A DNA stretch of 57,897 nucleotides from Promethearchaeia archaeon (GTDB lineage Archaea > Asgardarchaeota > Lokiarchaeia > Sigyniarchaeales > SOKP01): the NCBI GenBank assembly GCA_029856085.1, contig JAHQWI010000034.1, forward strand, positions 1 to 57,897. The letters run 5' to 3'. Below are positions 35,956 through 44,836 of the stretch, one piece after another. Within the stretch, counting starts at the first letter, position 1. Every line of letters begins with the position of its first letter. Made by a program: the position numbers and the translations under genes. The notes below the pieces were generated by a model. That model had not been told where the DNA came from and searched no databases. It saw nothing but the letters and a program-made list of their open reading frames with translations.

Positions 35956-38478
35956 TTGGATACGCCTTGTAATTATCCCCCTGACGAGATTCTAAATCCT
36001 ATAATTGGTAAACCCAATTATGAGTATATTATTCTTTGGATATTGAGTAATAATGAAGTATGCTCTTGGTCAGATTTAAAAGAAAAAGTGAATCGATCAA
36101 CACTATCTATTTATTTGAATAGACTTAAGAGCAATGGGCATATTTTGAAAAGTGAGTTCAATCAGTATCGTATTACATCTAAAGGAAGAGAAAGATACTA
36201 CGAATTAGGTCAATCCAAGAAGGGTAGAAGGAAATTAAGTTATCCTCCAAAGGTAATTCTTGAAAAAAGGAATTATGATCACACTATCCTATGGATGGTC
36301 TATAATAATAATTATTGCAAATGGGGAAATTTCCTTGAAGAACCACTCTCTATTAATCAATCCTCCTTATCAAAGAATATGAATAAATTAATGGAAAAAA
36401 CATTTGTAATAAAGGAAGATAAAGAATATAGAATTACTCGATTGGGTAAATCAGAGTATTCTAAAATGTTAACTTATTATGATTTAGATAGACAGTCGAT
36501 ATTAGAAGAAGAGAGTAAACGAATAACAGAACTAACACAAAAAACACTGAATTTTTTTGAAAGTTTTGAAATCAGTGAGAGGGATATTCAATTTCGATTC
36601 CTTAATAGTGTTTTGAGGTTAGACTATGAAAAAATTAAACCGGTATTAAGGGATGAGGAAGATTTTCATAAAATATTACTTCTTCTTTCGATTAACCATC
36701 CAAATGATTATCCCAAGTACATGTTTCCTGAAGAATTCTCTGAAAAATATGGAATTAAAAAAACTACTCTTGATTATTATATTGATGAAATAGTTGAAAA
36801 CCAAATTTTTCCAATAAGATTTTTTAAATTAGAGGTGCTCCCAGATAAATTTTATTATTTTCAATCAGATGAAAAAGTAGAGATGATGCTTAGGATTATT
36901 ACAGAGGAACATATTACAAAGTTTACCTACTTGAATAAGCTTTTTGAGGGCTCCTCAGATTTAATTCTCCCTCTGAATATGAGTTCTACTGTAAATGCTA
37001 TTTTGGACGAAGCTTGCCAAAATATATTCGATGAAGGATTAAAAAAATCATTAAGAAAATTTTTACCTGGATATATCAATTATTTAGCATATAAAATTGA
37101 GAAAGAAAAGAAGTTAGTTGGTGTTTCTGATAAATTAGAAGGAATTATTTGGCAAAACATTCCTGAAATATTGCAATCAGACATTTATAAAACTTCTCAA
37201 TATCAATTTATCGGTGAAAGCGACATGAATTATTATTTAGATACCTCAATATTAGAAGTACTACAACCATACTTAGCTTTCTGGTTTAAACCAGAAGAAT
37301 TAAATTTAAAGATCCAAGATTATTTAAAATCGAAAGAATATGATAAAGCTTTAAGATTGGAAGAATTGGGCAAAGCTTTTGCTAATTCTAAATCGAAGAT
37401 AAAGAATTTAGATCTCATTATTGTTAAAGGAATTATTCTTAGTCATTTAAATCGGAATAAAGAATCAATAGAATTCTTAAGGAGTAACGTAGATTTATCT
37501 CTTATTAATAAAGAAGATGAAATATATGCTCCTTATCTTTTTGTGTTAGCTTTTTCATATATGACTCTTGGAGATATTGAAAATGCTCTAAATATGACAA
37601 ATAAAGCAATAGAAATATATCCTAAACTACCTCTTTCTCTTGTTTTAAAGGGACTAGTGCTTGGTTATAATAGTATTTATACATTCGATGCAGAAAAAGC
37701 CGATAAAGAAAATGGAATAAGTTATATCGAGAAAGCTATTAATTTAGAATCAAATAAAACCAATAAAGCAAGATATTATCAGTTAAAAAGCCAAATCTTA
37801 CTAGATTTGAATAATTATGAAGATGCTCTAGAATCGATTGATAATGCTATTAAATTAAATTCTAAAACACTAGATTTGTACAATTCTAAAATTAGGATTT
37901 TAGTTTATTTTGACCAGTTCAACGAAATAATAGCCATATTGGACAAATTACTAGTTGATTTTCCTGAAGCGGAAAAGAATCTTAAGATTAAAAAAGCGTA
38001 TATTCTTAAAGAAATGAAAAATATTGAAGCAGGTTTAGAGATAATTAATGAATTAATCGAAAAATATCCCGAAGATAATAGTCTCATACTTAATAAAATT
38101 TATTGGTTACAATATTTAGATGAAAAAGAAAAGGTATTAACAACTATCGAGAAAGTTATAGAAAAAAATCCCGAGTTGGGAATATACCATGACACATATG
38201 GAGAAATTTTAATGAACTTCGAGGAGTATGAAAAAGCTATAAAAGAATTCCTAAAAACAATAGAATTAGCTAGTCATGAGTGGTATATCAACCAGACTTT
38301 TATAAAGTTAGCTATATGTTATAAGGAGGAGGAAAATTATGATTTAGCAATTGATTATCTTAAGAAAGGTCAAGAATTTACAAACAAATGTTTTTGTGAT
38401 CTTGATACAAAAAGAAAATGGCTAGCAATAGTAAATCTTTATCTAGCAGAGATTGAGCAACTAGAAGAGGAATTTTAA
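35956..38478 (+). CDS. Double winged-helix plus TPR-repeat protein (840 aa), putative regulator/receptor
   Basis: TTG start, with an in-frame TGA 6 nt upstream. Two tandem wHTH-like units (NYEYIILWILSNNEVCSWSDL...YRITSKGRERY and NYDHTILWMVYNNNYCKWGNF...YRITRLGKSEY), a conserved middle domain, and a long C-terminal TPR-like array (...YHDTYGEILMNFEEYEKAIKEFLKTIELAS...). Confidence 0.8.
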   Translation: MDTPCNYPPDEILNPIIGKPNYEYIILWILSNNEVCSWSDLKEKVNRSTLSIYLNRLKSNGHILKSEFNQYRITSKGRERYYELGQSKKGRRKLSYPPKVILEKRNYDHTILWMVYNNNYCKWGNFLEEPLSINQSSLSKNMNKLMEKTFVIKEDKEYRITRLGKSEYSKMLTYYDLDRQSILEEESKRITELTQKTLNFFESFEISERDIQFRFLNSVLRLDYEKIKPVLRDEEDFHKILLLLSINHPNDYPKYMFPEEFSEKYGIKKTTLDYYIDEIVENQIFPIRFFKLEVLPDKFYYFQSDEKVEMMLRIITEEHITKFTYLNKLFEGSSDLILPLNMSSTVNAILDEACQNIFDEGLKKSLRKFLPGYINYLAYKIEKEKKLVGVSDKLEGIIWQNIPEILQSDIYKTSQYQFIGESDMNYYLDTSILEVLQPYLAFWFKPEELNLKIQDYLKSKEYDKALRLEELGKAFANSKSKIKNLDLIIVKGIILSHLNRNKESIEFLRSNVDLSLINKEDEIYAPYLFVLAFSYMTLGDIENALNMTNKAIEIYPKLPLSLVLKGLVLGYNSIYTFDAEKADKENGISYIEKAINLESNKTNKARYYQLKSQILLDLNNYEDALESIDNAIKLNSKTLDLYNSKIRILVYFDQFNEIIAILDKLLVDFPEAEKNLKIKKAYILKEMKNIEAGLEIINELIEKYPEDNSLILNKIYWLQYLDEKEKVLTTIEKVIEKNPELGIYHDTYGEILMNFEEYEKAIKEFLKTIELASHEWYINQTFIKLAICYKEEENYDLAIDYLKKGQEFTNKCFCDLDTKRKWLAIVNLYLAEIEQLEEEF

Positions 38479-38514
38479 AGATAGTACTATATTATGATCC
38501 TATAATACTCATGG

Positions 38515-39054
38515 CTAAGTCTTGGATTTATAGTACAATTCGTTAATAAGAGTATTAAAAGCATCATGAACACCATGCCCTGTTTTTGCTGAGGTCAAGT
38601 AATATCCCAGAAAACCTTGTTTTTCTACCATTTTTTGAATTTTAGAATTATCTAGATTATCTTCCTCAACTAGGTCTATTTTATTAGCAAATAGAATTAT
38701 TGGTATTTCACCACAGAATTTTTTAATATTCTCATACCAATTATCTATATGCTCAAAACTCCGTTTACCTAACTCATTTTCTTCAAGGCTAAAGACAATA
38801 ATTGCTGCTCCACTTTCTTTATAAAATGAAGGTCGTAGAAAAAGAAAATCATCCTGACCGGCTATATCCCAGAATATCAATCTAATCTCATCTCCTTCTA
38901 TTTCTCTTTCAAACTTAGAGAATTGGGCACCTATAGTCTTAACATAATCTGTCTCAAAACCACCCTTTGTGTAATTCTTAATCAATGATGTTTTACCCAC
39001 TTGCCCGTCTCCTATCACTGATATTTTAAATCTGAATTTTTGAGCAGCGGTCAT
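38515..39054 (-). CDS. Ras/Rab-like small GTPase (cassette copy B)
   Basis: GDGQVGKTS, TIGAQF, WDIAGQD, ANKID, TSAK. Well over half of positions look identical to GTPase A by eye. Confidence 0.9.
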   Translation of the reverse strand: MTAAQKFRFKISVIGDGQVGKTSLIKNYTKGGFETDYVKTIGAQFSKFEREIEGDEIRLIFWDIAGQDDFLFLRPSFYKESGAAIIVFSLEENELGKRSFEHIDNWYENIKKFCGEIPIILFANKIDLVEEDNLDNSKIQKMVEKQGFLGYYLTSAKTGHGVHDAFNTLINELYYKSKT

Positions 39055-39282
39055 TAATTAATTATAGAAAACAAATTTTCATAATTTATTTAATAGTAGA
39101 TTAGATGTTTTGTAATTTAAAATTTTAGTTATTAATGAAATCTAGTTAATACAAATTTCTATTGTTAAAGACTATAAGATTTGAAATAAGGTAAATATCG
39201 AATATAACTCTAATTAAAATAGAATTTTAAATAAAATTTAAGAATTAAAAAAGAAAAATTTAAAAAAAAATTTTGAATATTA

Positions 39283-39375
39283 TTAAAGATCTTTCAATCC
39301 AAATTTGAATTTCTTTGGATTTAAAAGAAAATCTTCTATCGTATATTTCCACTTATCGTCTTTACTTTTTTTCAT
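39283..39375 (-). CDS. Conserved micropeptide sB (30 aa: MKKSKDDKWKYTIEDFLLNPKKFKFGLKDL)
   Basis: Paralogue of sA. AAGGT lies about 9 nt upstream of the ATG. It has the same position and orientation relative to its GTPase and directly faces the 633-aa wHTH-TPR gene. Confidence 0.55.
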   Translation of the reverse strand: MKKSKDDKWKYTIEDFLLNPKKFKFGLKDL

Positions 39376-39427
39376 TTTTTTTTACCTTCTAATAAGTTTT
39401 TTCTTAATTTTAATTTAGTTTGTATCC

Positions 39428-39477
39428 TATATTTAGTTTTATTACATGAACTTCAAATGAAGTTCGAATTTTAAAGG
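39428..39477 (-). promoter_or_regulatory. Upstream block U3 (diverged copy of U1/U2) between sB and the 633-aa gene
   Basis: TATATTTAGTTTTATTACATGAACTTCAAATGAAGTTCGAATTTTAAAGGA shares the TAGTTT..AACT..AATGnAGT core with U1 and U2. About 60% identical by eye. Confidence 0.35.
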
Positions 39478-39547
39478 AAGCTCGCGAAATTTATATAGTA
39501 TTAAAAACTATATATAACTAAAGATAAAGACTTTTAGAGAAAATATC

Positions 39548-41449
39548 ATGAGTCAAATAAATTTACCTCCTAAAGAGATTTATAATCCTCCAGCCCTGGA
39601 GAAAAAAAATTTTGAACATATCATTCTTTGGATGTTATATAATAATGAAGAATGTGAGTGGTCAAATTTTACTCAAAAACCGCTTGAACTTCGGTTATCT
39701 ACTCTCTCAAAATATCTATCATTATTAAAGGGGAAAGGATACGCTGAGAATATTTCAAGAGGGCACTATAAAATTACTTCAGAAGGCAGAAAGAGATATC
39801 TTGAATTATCACAAGCTAAAGAAAAAAAAAGAACTCTAAGTTATCCCCCTACTATAATTAAAAGAAGGAGAAATTACGATCATTGGATTCTTTGGATGGT
39901 TTATAACAATAATTATTGCAAATGGGCTAATTTCCTAGCAGAACCTCTTTCTATCAATCAATCTTCCTTGTCTAAGAATATAAACTTATTACTCGATAAA
40001 GGATTTATAGAAAAAGAAGAAAAGAAATATAGGATTACCCGCTCAGGTAAAATAGAGTATTCTAGAATATTACAAGAATATGATTTAGATAAACAATCAA
40101 TTTTGGAGGAAGAAAGTAAGAGAATTGAAGAGATTACAATAAAAACTATCAAATTTTTTAATAAATATAACATTGAAAATAAAGACATACAATTTAGGTT
40201 ACTCAACAATATGCTGAAATTGGATTATACCAGAGTTGAAGCAATGCTAACAAATGAGGAAGATTTTGACAAAATCCTACTCTTTATCTCAATTAATCAC
40301 CCAAGTCAATATCCTAATTATCTTTCCGTAGAGGAGTTCTCGAATACTTATGGAATTAAAGAATCTAAAGTGGATTATTATATTGATGAAATTATTGAAA
40401 ATCAAATTTTCCCTATTAAATTTTTTAAAATTATCGTTCAACCAGATATGTGTTATTACTTTCAGGAGGAAGAAAGATTAGAAATAATGCTTCGAGCTAT
40501 CACAGAAGATCATATCACCAAATTTACCTATCTAAATAAGTTGTTTTCAAGATCATTAGACATAAGTAGCACCATAAATGATATATTAGAAGATATTTGT
40601 CAAATATTATTTCCTATTGGTTTAAAAGAATCCTTACATATTTTTTTACCAGAATATATTAACTATTTAGCTTACAAAATTGAAGCAAAAGTTGAATTTA
40701 AAGAGACGTATGATAAATTAGAGGGCATTATTTGGCAAGATATGATAGATATATTTCAATCAAGAAGTATCGAAGAGTTACAAGATGATTATAAAGAAGA
40801 AATTAAAAAACTTGATATAAAAATTGAATCAAATCCAGAGAATCTTGATTTATACTATTCAAAGATAAGAATTTTAATTTATTATAATCAATTCGATGAT
40901 GTATTGAATTTATTAGACGAGATGCTGGTAATATTTCCTGAGAGTGAACTTGATATTAAAATGAAAAAGGCGTCTGTTCTTAGAAGGATGCAAGAAGTAA
41001 AAGCCGGTTTAGACATAATTAATGAATTGATTGAAAAATATCCTCAAAACAATGATCTTATTAATTACAAAGCTTATTGGCTTCAATATTTAGATAAAAA
41101 AGAAGAATCTCTGAAAATAATCCAGGATCTTGTAGAGAAAATTCCTGATAATGCAATGTATCATGATACATATGGAGAAATTCTAATGTATTTTGAACAG
41201 TATGAAGAAGGGATACAAAAATTCTTAAAAGCTATAGAATTAGCTAGCGATGAGTGGTACATCAACCAGACCTATATAAAGCTCGGTATATGTTATAAGG
41301 AGGAGGAAAATTTCGACTTAGCTCTCGAAAATCTTAAAAAAGGGAAAGAATTAACCGAGAACAGCTCTATAGACGAAGAAACAAAACAAAAATGGCTTAT
41401 AATCACAGATCTTTTTCTTGCAGAGATTACGCAGATTGACGAAGAATAA
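39548..41449 (+). CDS. Double winged-helix plus TPR-repeat protein (633 aa), paralogue of 35956..38478
   Basis: Collinear with the 840-aa protein (for example NYDHWILWMVYNNNYCKWANFLAEPLSINQSSLSKN, ENQIFPIKFFK, HITKFTYLNKLF, YHDTYGEILMYFEQYEEGIQKFLKAIELAS). It lacks roughly 200 aa of the TPR region present in the longer copy. Confidence 0.85.
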   Translation: MSQINLPPKEIYNPPALEKKNFEHIILWMLYNNEECEWSNFTQKPLELRLSTLSKYLSLLKGKGYAENISRGHYKITSEGRKRYLELSQAKEKKRTLSYPPTIIKRRRNYDHWILWMVYNNNYCKWANFLAEPLSINQSSLSKNINLLLDKGFIEKEEKKYRITRSGKIEYSRILQEYDLDKQSILEEESKRIEEITIKTIKFFNKYNIENKDIQFRLLNNMLKLDYTRVEAMLTNEEDFDKILLFISINHPSQYPNYLSVEEFSNTYGIKESKVDYYIDEIIENQIFPIKFFKIIVQPDMCYYFQEEERLEIMLRAITEDHITKFTYLNKLFSRSLDISSTINDILEDICQILFPIGLKESLHIFLPEYINYLAYKIEAKVEFKETYDKLEGIIWQDMIDIFQSRSIEELQDDYKEEIKKLDIKIESNPENLDLYYSKIRILIYYNQFDDVLNLLDEMLVIFPESELDIKMKKASVLRRMQEVKAGLDIINELIEKYPQNNDLINYKAYWLQYLDKKEESLKIIQDLVEKIPDNAMYHDTYGEILMYFEQYEEGIQKFLKAIELASDEWYINQTYIKLGICYKEEENFDLALENLKKGKELTENSSIDEETKQKWLIITDLFLAEITQIDEE

Positions 41450-41554
41450 AAATAATCTATCTCTCTGAAGATAACGCTTTATATTAGCATTAAAAGCTTC
41501 ATGAACTCTTTGCCTAAGTTAATATAAATCCCCAAACCAAGTAAATATTTTTAA

Positions 41555-41971
41555 ATGTTTTCGCATTATTATATTACGAAAAAAGAATATTTTAGAAGCA
41601 TGAGTAAATTTGAAAATCATAAAAAATTGTATCTGAATTTTAAAAAAGATGCTGAAAATGAAGAAAATTCAAAACCATCTAGAGCAGAATTATACTTTCT
41701 TTCGATATTTCATTTAATTGAAGGTTGTGCTGCAAAATATCGGATACATATTAATAAACATCAAAAAGTAAGAATATTTTTGGAAAATAATCCCAATATC
41801 TTTGATATAAAAACGGAAAATGTATGGCGATTATTTCAAGATATTGAAAATAAAATTCGCCCAAAATTTACTTATGGGTTTAGTTGGACGGATGAAGATT
41901 TTAATGAATTAAAGGAAAAATATTATAGATTAGAAGAAATATGTATTAAAGTGTTAACAGATGAGCCTTAA
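41555..41971 (+). CDS. HEPN-like protein (putative partner of the adjacent nucleotidyltransferase)
   Basis: A small helical protein overlapping the MNT gene by 11 nt. AAKYRIHINKHQKVRIFL resembles the HEPN (PF05168-type) helix-H segment. This is a weak call based on motif and context. Confidence 0.45.
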   Translation: MFSHYYITKKEYFRSMSKFENHKKLYLNFKKDAENEENSKPSRAELYFLSIFHLIEGCAAKYRIHINKHQKVRIFLENNPNIFDIKTENVWRLFQDIENKIRPKFTYGFSWTDEDFNELKEKYYRLEEICIKVLTDEP

Positions 41972-42653
41972 TATAAAATTAGAAAAAAGTCAAATGAAAA
42001 ATTCAAGAAAAGAGGTAAAATTGCAAAAGATAATAAATAAAATTAGGATTTATATAGACACTAATCTCTCAAAATATGAAGATATTGAAAATATTATATT
42101 ATTTGGCTCTTTAGCTTCTGGAAAATTTCATGAAAATAGTGATATTGACATCTGTATTTTATTTAAGCCTAATACTCCTAAAAATATGGAAACAACTATT
42201 TTTAATAATTTCTTAAGCCTAGGGAAGGAATTAGATCGCTCCATTCAATGTATTTTCTTTTTTCCAGAGGATATAAATAACTGGGATACTATTTTTGTTG
42301 AAAATATTCTAGCTGAAGGACATTTATTATCTGGAAATTCTAATTTCTTCGAAACTCTAATAAAAGCTTTAGAATTTAAACCATATCAAATAATAACTTT
42401 AAATCTAAGAGCATTAAATAGTTCTGCTAAAATGAAATTAAAAAGGATATTATATGGATATAGAACTAGCAAGAAATATTCTGAAAAAATATATAGATAT
42501 CAAAAAAAAGGATTAGTGAAAGAATTACAGGGTATAAAATTAGGACGGGGATCATTTGTTATACCTGAAAAATTCTTATTACTTGTCGAAACTAAGTTAA
42601 AAGAATTTGATGTTAAATTTTCTAACTTTAGAGTATGGATGCAAGAAATATAG
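41961..42653 (+). CDS. Minimal nucleotidyltransferase (MNT) domain protein with a C-terminal extension of about 110 aa
   Basis: ILFGSLASGKFHENSDIDICILF is the GS-x(n)-D-x-D Pol-beta-type NTase signature. I do not recognise the C-terminal half (YQIITLNLRALNSSAKMKLKRILYGYR...GRGSFVIP...). Confidence 0.75.
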   Translation: MSLNIKLEKSQMKNSRKEVKLQKIINKIRIYIDTNLSKYEDIENIILFGSLASGKFHENSDIDICILFKPNTPKNMETTIFNNFLSLGKELDRSIQCIFFFPEDINNWDTIFVENILAEGHLLSGNSNFFETLIKALEFKPYQIITLNLRALNSSAKMKLKRILYGYRTSKKYSEKIYRYQKKGLVKELQGIKLGRGSFVIPEKFLLLVETKLKEFDVKFSNFRVWMQEI

Positions 42654-42765
42654 TTATGAGTTAACAATTCTTCTTTTCTAGATTCTTTCTACTAAGATTG
42701 AAAAAATGTTATTCTAATTTCCAAAATAGAAAACATTCTTTTAAAATCGTAGTTATATTTACATA

Positions 42766-43428
42766 ATGATTAAAGAAATTGAGATACAATATCAAAATAT
42801 TATAGAACATTTTCCTAACGCTGAAACTATTGAAAATAAAATTTCACATATTAAAATTGGATTAATAAAGGGGATTATGTTAGAAATTAACTATTCTAAA
42901 TATCCTAAAAAACCAAAAGTTAAGCTTATTAGATCTGGGACAGTTTATAAAAAATTAAATAATGATATCACTTCTTTAAAAAATTGGAAAATAATTAAGA
43001 TTAAGTCTATATTAAATGTTATTAATGAAATTATTTTTATTTTAGAGGATCTACAATCAAATACGGTCAAAATAAAAAGGGATTTATTAGAGGGGTTTTT
43101 AGCGTTATGTCGGGCGCATCATCCAAAAGAATTTTTAGGAATCCTTGAAATGGATAAAAATGTATTTACAGAATTTATATTACCTCCAGGCGCAATTACT
43201 TCAAGAAATTCAGGAGTATTTTTTCCGAGTAGAATTCCAATAAATCGATATTATCAAGGAACTATTCATTCACATCCATCTGGAAATGTGTTCCCTTCTT
43301 TACAAGATTTAAATAGTGTATTTAAAGGAAACAGATTTCATTTTATTGTAGGTTTTCCATATAGTATAAACCATATTAAATGTTTTGATAAAAATGGCAC
43401 AGAACTTCGATTTAAAGTGATTAACTAA
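42766..43428 (+). CDS. JAB/MPN (JAMM) metalloprotease with an N-terminal RWD/E2-variant-like domain (candidate)
   Basis: Intact JAMM motif: E in PKEFLGIL, then HSHPSGNVFPSLQD (H-x-H-x7-S-x2-D). The N-terminal ~100 aa contain LEINYSKYPKKPKVKLI, which resembles the YP..PPKV flap of UBC/RWD folds. No HPN-Cys is present. Confidence 0.7.
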   Translation: MIKEIEIQYQNIIEHFPNAETIENKISHIKIGLIKGIMLEINYSKYPKKPKVKLIRSGTVYKKLNNDITSLKNWKIIKIKSILNVINEIIFILEDLQSNTVKIKRDLLEGFLALCRAHHPKEFLGILEMDKNVFTEFILPPGAITSRNSGVFFPSRIPINRYYQGTIHSHPSGNVFPSLQDLNSVFKGNRFHFIVGFPYSINHIKCFDKNGTELRFKVIN

Positions 43429-43468
43429 TATACAATTACTTATTCAAGATTAAAATTAAGATAAACTA

Positions 43469-44698
43469 TTACATTCTCTCTGTAAGTATTGAAATTATAT
43501 TATTCCCAAATCCACCAAAGTTGCATGTAATTCCTGTTTCGGCACCTTCAACTTGTCTTCTACCTGCTTCTCCTCTTAATTGCCAAAATAACTCTACAAC
43601 TTGAGCAACTCCAGTAGCACCTAAGGGATGGCCTCGTGCTTTCAATCCACCCGAGGGATTAATCGGAATTTTTCCACCGATTTCTGTCACCCCTTCATGG
43701 GCGGCTTTAGCCCCTTCTCCTTTTTTAAAGAAACCAATATCTTCTGATTGAACGGCTTCAAGGATCTCAAATGCATCATGCAGTTCTGCTATATCTATAT
43801 CTTCAGGGGTTTTTTTTGCCATTTTATATGCTTGCTCTGAACATAATCTTAATGCTTTCAAGGTGGTAAGATCTTCGCGTTCAAAAACTATTTGAGTATC
43901 AGTTGCTTGGCCTATACCAGAAATTAAAATAGGATCATCACAATATTCTTTGGATTTTTCAGCATTACATAAAACCAAAGCTGCTGCCCCATCCGAGATG
44001 GGACAAATATGAAAAAGTCTTAATGGGTCAGCAATTATAGGATTGGATTTATCATCTTTAAGGAAATCATAAACATTATCCCAATTTCCTCTACCTTTTT
44101 GAATAGCGCTTTCCATAAAGCTCTTAATAGTCCGCTGAAAATGCGCATTCGGATTCATTGCTCCATTTTTATGATTTTTAATTGCTATATCTGAAATCCA
44201 ATCAAGTTTAGCATCGTATTTTTCTAGATAAGCTCGTGTTAATAATCCGGCAAAGGATGGAAGGGAAACACCATGAGGCCGTTCTGCTTCGGGATGGGTC
44301 AAAGTAGCTACATTTGAAGTAACATAACCAGGAGTTGTAATATGAGTCATTTTTTCACCTCCGACCACTAATACAAAATCACTAATTCCGGAAGCAATTG
44401 CTTGAAAACCAGCTTTAACTGCTGACCCTCCACTCGCAGGTCCATTTTTAATATGATCTGCAGCGGCAGGAATTAAACTAATTCTATCAACAAGAGCACT
44501 TGCAATACCTGAGGTTTGATTAAAGATTTCTGGACTCATTGCTCCAACATATACTGAATCAAAATCTTTGTTACTAGTATTAGAATTTTCAATAGCTTCT
44601 AGAGATGCTTCACATAAAAGATCCATCAATCCTTTATCTTGCAATCTTCCAAATTTGGTATGTCCTACTCCAATTATTGCGACTTTATTCATAGTCAA
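43469..44698 (-). CDS. Thiolase-like protein (SCP-x / archaeal acetoacetyl-CoA thiolase type)
   Basis: VAIIGVGHTKFG, GGSAV, NPSGGLKARGHPLGATG and NFGGFG. The track start is TTG at 44698, but ATG at 44692 (MNKVAIIG) is more likely. Confidence 0.85.
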   Translation of the reverse strand: MTMNKVAIIGVGHTKFGRLQDKGLMDLLCEASLEAIENSNTSNKDFDSVYVGAMSPEIFNQTSGIASALVDRISLIPAAADHIKNGPASGGSAVKAGFQAIASGISDFVLVVGGEKMTHITTPGYVTSNVATLTHPEAERPHGVSLPSFAGLLTRAYLEKYDAKLDWISDIAIKNHKNGAMNPNAHFQRTIKSFMESAIQKGRGNWDNVYDFLKDDKSNPIIADPLRLFHICPISDGAAALVLCNAEKSKEYCDDPILISGIGQATDTQIVFEREDLTTLKALRLCSEQAYKMAKKTPEDIDIAELHDAFEILEAVQSEDIGFFKKGEGAKAAHEGVTEIGGKIPINPSGGLKARGHPLGATGVAQVVELFWQLRGEAGRRQVEGAETGITCNFGGFGNNIISILTERM

Positions 44699-44836
44699 AA
44701 TGAATTATAGGTATTTAAAAAATCTTCTTAGACTTTTTTAATCTTCTAAAACTCAAATAACTTAAGATCATTTCATAAAATTTAATATTCTAAGAAAGAA
44801 ATCTAATTTAAAAGCGCTTAAAAGTGGTTTATACAA

